IMG/VR virus record: IMGVR_UViG_3300020234_000023
Coordinates: 1-42,119 of that record
Origin: a virus
Taxonomy: Duplodnaviria > Caudoviricetes
Direction: 5' to 3' (one strand)
Length of the DNA: 42,119 bases
In this document: in pieces, positions 34,216 to 40,888 of the stretch
How positions within the stretch are numbered: the stretch's first letter is position 1
How the letters are laid out: each line of letters starts with the position of its first letter
The notes under the pieces: generated by a model
The model's input: only the letters and a program-made list of their open reading frames with translations
Database searches by the model: none
Told to the model about the DNA's origin: nothing
Position numbers and translations under genes: made by a program

Positions 34216-34401
34216 AAAAACGAGGGAAGGCCGGAAAACACACAACTGTTTGACCTTCCCTCTGAACTACCATATGTAGGCACACAGGGTAGATTCGGCA
34301 GTATAGCTACGGAGCCAACTACCGCCAAATTAGCGCCCCCTCTATAGCAGGAGGACTTTAGCCGAAGTGGCCTTTCTTATCCAGGGGATTGGTGCTATAG
34401 C
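34216..34401 (-). ncRNA. Candidate structured RNA ending in an intrinsic terminator
   Basis: Four back-to-back stems; G-U pairs work on the minus strand only; possible pseudoknot; last stem GAGGGAAGG/CCTTCCCTC followed by TTTTT. Confidence 0.5.
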
Positions 34402-34884
34402 TTAAATGGTAATTGGAGCAACGTCGTCGCCAAGCTCCGCTTTCCGCTTTGCAGCTTCCTCGGTGGCTTTACGCAACTTGATGTCCGCAAGTGCTGCTTG
34501 TACAGCAGGATGATCGCGTACGGTTTTCTTATCCGCATCGCTCATGGCCGATAGGGTCTCAACACACTTATCGACAGTTTCACCGGCGGCCACTGATAAT
34601 GCTTCAGCCAGTTGTGAAATGCGAGGTGCGCCACCGCCACCGGAACGTGCTGACCATTCGCCTTCCTGCAGGTTCTTCAGGACACCCGTAAAAATAGCGT
34701 AACACTTGTCAGCGTCTTCACCAGAATAAGAATCGCCGAGTTTCTGGCTTAACCCGTGTAACATAAGTTGACGCTGTAAGTCTTTCGACAAGTCCGCAGG
34801 TATAACTTCAATTGATTCACCAGTTGCGAAGTCGAACGTGACTGAGGCATCGCCAACAGTTTTTGTAACTTTCCGATCTGCCAT
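34402..34884 (-). CDS. Early protein of unknown function, paralog A
   Basis: HGLSQKLGDSY...GEW...AAGE...HPAV...PITI; SD GGAGG; homologous to 37305-37757. Confidence 0.75.
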   Translation of the reverse strand: MADRKVTKTVGDASVTFDFATGESIEVIPADLSKDLQRQLMLHGLSQKLGDSYSGEDADKCYAIFTGVLKNLQEGEWSARSGGGGAPRISQLAEALSVAAGETVDKCVETLSAMSDADKKTVRDHPAVQAALADIKLRKATEEAAKRKAELGDDVAPITI

Positions 34885-34946
34885 AATTAAATCCCTCCGG
34901 ATTCATTGATTAATAGAGGGGGGATAAAAGCTATCCCCACAATTTT

Positions 34947-34974
34947 ATTTTACGGATTTGACCCAGGATGTCAA
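34947..34974 (-). promoter_or_regulatory. Sigma70 promoter
   Basis: TTGACA-16 nt-TAAAAT, then a GGGGATA/TATCCCC hairpin at the predicted 5' end. Confidence 0.65.
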
Positions 34975-34978
34975 GCCC

Positions 34979-35512
34979 TTATTTCGATGGGTCAATATAA
35001 TCGGGGGAGCTCGGATCGATATTCTTCTCGGTCAGCACGTTTAACCCGACTGCCTCTAGGCTTTCGACTATTTCCCCCTGCATATCCTTTGCGTCCTCTT
35101 CCAACTTTTCCTGTTGCAGATCGGGGGGCTGGGGGGTGGGTGCGGTGGTTTGGTCTGCGTTGATGTCAACGTCCAATACAGCTGATTCTAATTCCGGCAC
35201 TGATATACCGAGGGCTGCACCGAAGGCCGGAGTGAGTTCGTATTGCTTGACTTCGTTCGCGCCGATCCGGATGGTCTTACCAGTGTGACGAATGTACTCC
35301 CGCTTTACAAGTACCTCAGCGATGCCACGGTTTTCCGACCAGTCCTTAATGAACACTAAGTGTGGCGGTAGCTTCGCGAGGTTGACGGTCGGTTTGGCTT
35401 CGATCAGGTTATCTTTGCCTAGTAGTACGAGGCACGTATTATCGTTTTCAACGTACTTAGTAGCGGCGATAGTGAAGCGCTTATTGCGCCATGTAATTTG
35501 TAATTCAGACAT
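34979..35512 (-). CDS. DUF4313-like protein with acidic Pro-rich tail
   Basis: PTVNL...VFIKDWSENRGI..VL...HTG pattern. Confidence 0.5.
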   Translation of the reverse strand: MSELQITWRNKRFTIAATKYVENDNTCLVLLGKDNLIEAKPTVNLAKLPPHLVFIKDWSENRGIAEVLVKREYIRHTGKTIRIGANEVKQYELTPAFGAALGISVPELESAVLDVDINADQTTAPTPQPPDLQQEKLEEDAKDMQGEIVESLEAVGLNVLTEKNIDPSSPDYIDPSK

Positions 35513-35963
35513 CTTTATTTACCTTTGTAGTGTTAGAGGTTGGATGAAACAGCTTGTGTATAAGATCCTCTTGCGTGGTGTCCACTTCGGTCGGTGGCAT
35601 CTCGAGTGGCGTAGCGTTATTATCCTGCTGAATAGGAACATCAGGTAGGCCGGCCAGTACCGATTCGATTGCGAGTATCTCCGACGTGAAGCGGCGGTTT
35701 TGCAACAGCAGGGTGTTCGTTGCCTTATCAGCGGTTAGCTTGATTTGCCTGAATGCCGGCGACAAGCGTAGTTCGAATGATATAGTCAAACTCTCTTCCT
35801 GTTTATCAAGCGCCGTGATGTAGGCGTACATGCTGCTGCGAGTCCGCATTAATTCCTGAGTATTTGCAAAAGGAATTGTGATCCCCGAAGGAACATTCGC
35901 GGCGGCTGCTAACAGCTTAGCGAATGTTTCGGGGTAGTTACCTGGATGTCTACTTCTTGGCAT
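35505..35963 (-). CDS. Hypothetical protein
   Basis: Start reassigned to MPRSRHPGNYP, which overlaps the upstream HTH gene. Confidence 0.55.
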   Translation of the reverse strand: MPRSRHPGNYPETFAKLLAAAANVPSGITIPFANTQELMRTRSSMYAYITALDKQEESLTISFELRLSPAFRQIKLTADKATNTLLLQNRRFTSEILAIESVLAGLPDVPIQQDNNATPLEMPPTEVDTTQEDLIHKLFHPTSNTTKVNKDV

Positions 35964-36120
35964 GGCGGCAGATTGCCGAAATTTTCTGCGTGGGTACACC
36001 AAGCATATTAGCAATGAGGTTCTGCGCCACACCGTCACGTTTCAGACGGACAAACAATCGTGCTAAATCCTTGGTAGGGAGTGTAGTTTTGTGCAAGGGC
36101 TTGCTAGTTTTACTAACCAT
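35950..36120 (-). CDS. 56-aa helix-turn-helix protein (not in ORF track)
   Basis: MVSKTSKPLHKTTLPTKDLARLFVRLKRDGVAQNLIANMLGVPTQKISAICRHAKK*; Q-x-x-I-A-x-x-L-G-V...I-S HTH pattern; first gene after a promoter. Confidence 0.65.
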   Translation of the reverse strand: MVSKTSKPLHKTTLPTKDLARLFVRLKRDGVAQNLIANMLGVPTQKISAICRHAKK

Positions 36121-36151
36121 GAGGGTCTCGTAGCGTTATTAATGAATCCCC

Positions 36152-36180
36152 ATTGAAACACAAATCTTGTAAGGTGTCAA
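36152..36180 (-). promoter_or_regulatory. Possible sigma70 promoter
   Basis: TTGACA-17 nt-TTCAAT with TG upstream of the -10. Confidence 0.5.
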
Positions 36181-36220
36181 TTAGACGTTTTCATTTCCCG
36201 TTTTGGTACACATTTCCCCA

Positions 36221-36440
36221 GCAGTTCGCCTGAGTTCGCCTGTGTTCGCTAGTTTGCAGTATACCCCACCTATATCCCTCATTTAGTCAGGGGGTGTCTT
36301 AGTTAAGTTAAATTTAATAAAAAAAAACTTATATATTATACTATTACGCTTATAGACGTGGGGGGTGTGCAAACCGGGGGACATGGAGAACTCTTGGGGA
36401 ACTCTTGGGGGAATACGGGGGACTAGGTGGGGGAATGCGT
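36221..36440. repeat. Phased repeats flanking an AT-rich tract (candidate origin)
   Basis: GTTCGC at 36224, 36234 and 36244; AT-rich core about 36299-36347; G-tract repeats with 10-12 bp period at 36376-36435. Confidence 0.5.
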
Positions 36441-36500
36441 CTGGACATTCGGCTCGATGTTTGGTAGACTTGTGAGTCACCAACTATGTGTGGAGTTAAA

Positions 36501-36722
36501 ATGAAAGAGTCAATGAAAGTGTTAGTCGAGGCGGTTAAGGCCCATGCCCTGGATCATTACGAAGAAGGCGGTTGGGATTATGTTGTTGAGTGTTTCAGTG
36601 ATGATGAAATTGCTGAGGACATCGGTCAGGCACGTACTGTTGAGGGAGCGATCAAGAAAGTTAAGTGGCATGCAAATTTGCTTGGCGAACGTCGCGATGA
36701 AATCCAGGCCGAAATATTCTAG
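36501..36722 (+). CDS. Hypothetical protein (only plus-strand gene in the leftward arm)
   Basis: SD GGAG before ATG 36501; HYEEGGWDYVVEC motif. Confidence 0.6.
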   Translation: MKESMKVLVEAVKAHALDHYEEGGWDYVVECFSDDEIAEDIGQARTVEGAIKKVKWHANLLGERRDEIQAEIF

Positions 36723-36783
36723 TCACCACGAGGCGCACGGATGCGCAACCCTGACGTTTGTTGATCTAAGCCGTTATCCGGCC

Positions 36784-36810
36784 AAAAAAAAGCCCCCGAT
36801 CAAGGGGGCT
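36784..36810 (-). terminator. Intrinsic terminator
   Basis: AGCCCCC/GGGGGCT stem with an 8-T tail on the minus strand, between convergent genes. Confidence 0.8.
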
Positions 36811-36814
36811 AGTG

Positions 36815-37009
36815 CTACACGTTCTTACGTTGGTGTACTCGCTCGATTACCACGTACCCTGGGGAATATGCCCACTGGGTCTTTTTCCCGAAAGCGCGCT
36901 TAGGTAGTTCGCGCCTCATATCTTTCTTCAGGGTAGCAATTTCGCTGTCATCGTAGCGGATTGTCCACCGCTCCTTAGACTTAGGCATCCACCGATGAGT
37001 GATTGTCAT
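36815..37009 (-). CDS. Small basic hypothetical protein
   Basis: 64 aa, ATGA coupling. Confidence 0.5.
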   Translation of the reverse strand: MTITHRWMPKSKERWTIRYDDSEIATLKKDMRRELPKRAFGKKTQWAYSPGYVVIERVHQRKNV

Positions 37010-37260
37010 GTGAAATCACGCCGCTTTTTAGTTGATGTTTCCAACTCGTCTGCGCGGTGGTCAATCTCCGAATCCATTTCGCCTTCAAGTAATCGCAGGA
37101 TCTCTGTCCAATTTGCACCCGCCTTAAAGTTTGTCGCTTTATCTACCTGACGGCGCGCGGTGTTAAGGATTCCCGAAATCTTACCAGCCATTATAGCGGT
37201 AGAAATCGTGGGAGCTTTTACCTTGTTACTAAGCAAGGTCATTATTTCAGCTTGGTTCAT
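37006..37260 (-). CDS. Hypothetical protein
   Basis: 84 aa, SD AGGA. Confidence 0.55.
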   Translation of the reverse strand: MNQAEIMTLLSNKVKAPTISTAIMAGKISGILNTARRQVDKATNFKAGANWTEILRLLEGEMDSEIDHRADELETSTKKRRDFT

Positions 37261-37271
37261 ATCAATATCCT

Positions 37272-37293
37272 AAAAGTGGGGCATCCCTGCCCC
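37272..37293 (-). terminator. Weak terminator-like hairpin
   Basis: GGGGCA/TGCCCC stem followed by ACTTTT. Confidence 0.4.
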
Positions 37294-37304
37294 GTGTACA
37301 TCCC

Positions 37305-37757
37305 TTAGATGGTTATAGCAGGCGCGTCACTAGCGTTCAACTTCTCAGCGGCGCGTTCGACGTCGATCTTGGCCTTCGCGAGTATAACGTCAGGGTGCTT
37401 TTTAACTTCCTTCCGTTCATCTTCGCTCATGTCATTCCATGCGACCATTGCCTTCTCGAGTGATTCACCTGCGGCATGTGCGAATGCTTCCACCCATACG
37501 CCGCCTGTGGTTCCACCTTTCCGGTTCCAGTCACCTTCCATGATGCCGTTCAAGACATCTTGAAATTTCGCCTTAGCGTCGATGACATTGCCACCTGAAC
37601 TAGCGTAGGCATCGCCGAGCTTTTGCGAGATTCCATGCTGGAAGGCGCGTTGTACCATCGCCTCTGGAATGTCCGACCAACTAACAAAGGTGGTCGATTC
37701 ATCCGCCCATGCGAATGTAAGGCCATCATTTGTTATCATCTTTTTAGCTATTTGCAT
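37305..37757 (-). CDS. Early protein of unknown function, paralog B
   Basis: HGISQKLGDAY...GDW...AAGE...HPDV...AITI; first gene of the leftward arm. Confidence 0.75.
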   Translation of the reverse strand: MQIAKKMITNDGLTFAWADESTTFVSWSDIPEAMVQRAFQHGISQKLGDAYASSGGNVIDAKAKFQDVLNGIMEGDWNRKGGTTGGVWVEAFAHAAGESLEKAMVAWNDMSEDERKEVKKHPDVILAKAKIDVERAAEKLNASDAPAITI

Positions 37758-37828
37758 TTCAATATGCTCCGTATTATGTGCGATTGAAGGGCGCGCACAA
37801 AATCGCCCGTAAAACTAAATCAGGTTCC

Positions 37829-37843
37829 GAATTGTTAAAGACC
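37829..37843 (-). promoter_or_regulatory. boxA-like antitermination element
   Basis: GGTCTTTAACAATTC versus rrn boxA GCTCTTTAACAATTT, in an untranslated leader. Confidence 0.6.
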
Positions 37844-37893
37844 GAGCGATGCGCGAATGGGAATCTACCCAAAATAAGGCGGGTATGCCGCCA

Positions 37894-37923
37894 AATCTAA
37901 CATAACTAAGCCTAACATGTCAA
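37894..37923 (-). promoter_or_regulatory. Sigma70 promoter (start of the leftward arm)
   Basis: TTGACA-18 nt-TAGATT with extended -10 TG. Confidence 0.6.
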
Positions 37924-38000
37924 CCAACATAATACTGTCCTAAATGCGACCCCTACTTACCTCGATCAAATCCCCCGCGCCCGCCCGATCGATCCTGAAT

Positions 38001-38019
38001 GCTAATGATTCCCATTCGC
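38001..38019. promoter_or_regulatory. Fur-box-like site
   Basis: Minus strand GCGAATGGGAATCATTAGC matches 14/19 of GATAATGATAATCATTATC. Confidence 0.4.
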
Positions 38020-38179
38020 AAGGCGGCCATCACCCCCCACCCACCCCCCTCGGGCGCCTCTATCTAAGTCCACTTCCGTATTCAGTAAGGAGAATTCAAA
38101 ATGCAAGCGTTCCGCATTTGAAATATTGCATCTTAGATTCTAACATACAAGCATTCCGCAACAGCAGGCCAGAAAAGTC

Positions 38180-38208
38180 TTGACTCCGCCACGAATCTGT
38201 GATACGCT
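38180..38208 (+). promoter_or_regulatory. Possible sigma70 promoter for packaging genes
   Basis: TTGACT-17 nt-TACGCT with extended -10 TG. Confidence 0.5.
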
Positions 38209-38234
38209 GTTGCGTTAGAAATTAGAGGTTTGCT

Positions 38235-38891
38235 ATGCCATATCATTACCAGCTGACGAATATATCAGTCACTCAAAACGCGATAGCGGACTGGTTGATC
38301 GCCAACCCTGGGAAGGGTCAGAACGCCGAGTGTGCGTCTGCTTTTAACATTACGCAGTCCTGGCTTTCCACTCTGCTGGGCACTGATGCGTTCCGTGCCA
38401 TGATGCTGATAAAGCAAGGTGCGGTGTTCGAGGAAGTTGTAATCCCGCTGCGGGAAAAGATCTCCGGCGTGGCGCACAGGTCGATAGAGAAGATGGGAGA
38501 AATCCTTGACAACACGAACGACGAACGACTGGTTAGAGAGATTGGAAAAGATATGCTGAATAGTCTGGGCTACGGCGCTAATGCCAAGGGCCCTGTACAC
38601 ATTGGAGATGTTCATAATACACTGACGGTCAGTCCGGAGAATCTAGCAGCAGCTCGGGAACGGCAGTCTAAACACTACAGGAGAGAACTTGAAAGTCCTG
38701 CCGAATCCGAGCCACTTGCACTTGAAGCTGAAGCCACCGAACTTCCGTACGATCCAGAAGCTGATGTGGGCGAAGCCCGCGACATCCGTGCCAGCCATGT
38801 TAACCGCTCCAAAGAAGTTCACAGGGATACGGAAGAAGGGGGTGAAGTACGAAGCGAGAGTCCAGCATCACCTGAGCTCGATCTATGGTGA
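38235..38891 (+). CDS. Terminase small subunit (putative)
   Basis: N-terminal HTH (NAECASAFNITQSWLSTL), helical middle, acidic tail; upstream of the large terminase. Confidence 0.65.
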   Translation: MPYHYQLTNISVTQNAIADWLIANPGKGQNAECASAFNITQSWLSTLLGTDAFRAMMLIKQGAVFEEVVIPLREKISGVAHRSIEKMGEILDNTNDERLVREIGKDMLNSLGYGANAKGPVHIGDVHNTLTVSPENLAAARERQSKHYRRELESPAESEPLALEAEATELPYDPEADVGEARDIRASHVNRSKEVHRDTEEGGEVRSESPASPELDLW

Positions 38892-39222
38892 CGCTTATAT
38901 ACCTGCCCCTTGGTTTCAGTATCAGGAAGTCGGTGAATCCCGAGTCCGGTATTGTCAGCCGGATGGTCTGTTGTACAACAAGAAGCTTGACCGTGTTACT
39001 ATCGTCGAGGTTAAACTCAGGCATACTGACAAGGCTTGGTGGCAGCTTAGACATAAGTATGGACCTTTGCTGCATCACATCTTTCCGTGGATGGAGGTCG
39101 CCTATGTGGAATTTGTACAGTGGTATGATGTCGCTATTCCTTTTCCTGAGGTTGTGTACCTACGCCCTCACGTCTGGATGGCGCGACCGGATCAAATCCA
39201 GGTAACAATATGGAAACCGTAG
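38764..39222 (+). CDS. PD-(D/E)XK family nuclease
   Basis: GVKYE, YCQPDGLL, IVEVKL, WWQL; probable ATG 38764. Confidence 0.7.
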   Translation: MWAKPATSVPAMLTAPKKFTGIRKKGVKYEARVQHHLSSIYGDAYIPAPWFQYQEVGESRVRYCQPDGLLYNKKLDRVTIVEVKLRHTDKAWWQLRHKYGPLLHHIFPWMEVAYVEFVQWYDVAIPFPEVVYLRPHVWMARPDQIQVTIWKP

Positions 39223-39358
39223 TGTTAGTACCTAAGCTTCCCCTAACCTATTGGCAATGGAAGCCTTTTCGCATGTCGTTCCGCGAGGGATGCGGCAGGT
39301 TTAACTTTCATGTTTCGGCACACCTGGTATATGTGTGCGTGATGGGTAAGAGGTTCAT

Positions 39359-40888
39359 ATGGAGGCTTTAAGGCTCCCGCCCCGCAGTGTTAGTAGTAAG
39401 ATATCGCACGACTTCACAGCGGAGGAAATCCTTAACCTTGGAGCTATCGACGGCGAGTTTTACGGTCGGCAGTGGTTTCCGAGGGCGTACCGGCAGCCGA
39501 GTCCTGAATTTCATAAACAATGCTGGGAGGCTATGGAAGGTGGGCACAGGACAGTGTCTTTTGAGATTTGGAGGGGTGGAGCCAAAACGACCCTCACGCG
39601 GGTATTTACCTCGAAGCGGATTGCCTATGCGGAGTCACGAACTATCCTAATAGTGTCCGCATCTCAGGACCATGCCAAACGCACAGTCCGCTGGATTAAG
39701 CGACAGGTGATGTTCAACTACCAGTGGGCTAATTTTTTCAAGCTGACAATCGGTACAAAGAAGACGGACGAATGGCTGGAAATCCAGCATGGTATTGACG
39801 ACACTCCTATCACTATACTGGCGGTCGGTATTACAGGCCAAACGCGTGGTGTCAACCTGGACGACTTTCGTCCTGACTTAATAATAGTGGATGATCCTTG
39901 TGATGAAGAGAATACTGCAACGCCTGAGCAACGGAAGAAGATCAGTGATCTATTCTTTGGAGCTTTACTTAAATCGCTTGCGCCTCCGGTGGACTCTGAT
40001 AACGCCCTTCAAGTATTACTGCAAACTCCCCTTAACGGACAAGATCTTATTTCTAGTTGTCGAGCGGATCCCCAATGGTACAGTCTCACCTTTGGCTGTT
40101 ATAATGAAGAAGGGCAGACTAGATGGCCACAGAGGTATCCACAGAAGTTTCTTGACGACGACAAAAAGGCGCATATGGCTCGTAATGACGCGGCACTATG
40201 GCTTAGGGAGATGGAATGTGTCATTGTCGCTGAAGCTACGTCGTCATTTCGATCTTCGTGGTTAAAGGAATGGCCTGCAGGAGTTGAGCCGGTCGATTTA
40301 CTGAAAGAAGGGGGGCAAGCTTATTTATGGATTGATCCAGTTCCTCCTCCGTCAGAACGTCAACTCGCACTTGGCCTGAAGGATAAAGACTGGGAGGTTT
40401 TAGCTGTTGTAGTGAAATTTCAAGGTGCTGTATATCTGGCCGAGTATGCTATGAACAGGGGGCATGAGCCTGATTGGACGGTTATGGAATTTTGGAGGCT
40501 TGTAGATAAGTACAGGGTCACTCAGTTTGGGGTTGAAACTGTGGGATATCAGCGGACTCTTAAGTGGTTACTTGAGCAGTCTATGAAGAAGATGGGTAGG
40601 TACGTTACTGCGTATATAACGGATAAGGAAGATCGTCGTAAGAAGTCTTATAGGATAGTGGATTCCCTGAAGCCGATAACATCGCAGGGGCAGTTTTATG
40701 TGAACATGCAACTTCACCATGAATTCATCGAGCAGTATACGGCGTACCCCGCTGTAAACTTTGACGATGTAATAGAAGCGGTAGCTGAGGCAACTCGTAT
40801 CGCACAAGAATCTTTAATCCTTGAGGGTCGTTTTTATGAAGACGATGACGAGGATGCTGACCGAAAACAAATTGGAGCTTGCCCATGA
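39359..40888 (+). CDS. terL: Terminase large subunit
   Basis: Walker A WRGGAKTT, Walker B LIIVDDP, motif III LQTP, nuclease domain WIDP, GVE, DDVIEA. Confidence 0.92.
   Translation: MEALRLPPRSVSSKISHDFTAEEILNLGAIDGEFYGRQWFPRAYRQPSPEFHKQCWEAMEGGHRTVSFEIWRGGAKTTLTRVFTSKRIAYAESRTILIVSASQDHAKRTVRWIKRQVMFNYQWANFFKLTIGTKKTDEWLEIQHGIDDTPITILAVGITGQTRGVNLDDFRPDLIIVDDPCDEENTATPEQRKKISDLFFGALLKSLAPPVDSDNALQVLLQTPLNGQDLISSCRADPQWYSLTFGCYNEEGQTRWPQRYPQKFLDDDKKAHMARNDAALWLREMECVIVAEATSSFRSSWLKEWPAGVEPVDLLKEGGQAYLWIDPVPPPSERQLALGLKDKDWEVLAVVVKFQGAVYLAEYAMNRGHEPDWTVMEFWRLVDKYRVTQFGVETVGYQRTLKWLLEQSMKKMGRYVTAYITDKEDRRKKSYRIVDSLKPITSQGQFYVNMQLHHEFIEQYTAYPAVNFDDVIEAVAEATRIAQESLILEGRFYEDDDEDADRKQIGACP

Noticed and set aside
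34216-34401. tRNA gene
   Set aside because: No T-loop GTTCRA, cloverleaf spacing or CCA end; kept only as an unclassified structured RNA candidate.
35121-35150. G-quadruplex-like G-run cluster
   Set aside because: Explained by the Pro-rich coding stretch (APTPQPPD) on the minus strand.
36221-36440. Mini CRISPR array
   Set aside because: Repeat units are about 10 bp with no 25-40 bp unique spacers.
37878-37892. boxB hairpin upstream of boxA
   Set aside because: The GGCGG/CCGCC stem straddles the predicted transcription start, so it would not be fully transcribed from that promoter.
39210-39371. 53-aa ORF between the nuclease and terL
   Set aside because: It fills the gap but has a weak SD and no recognisable motif; too uncertain to list.
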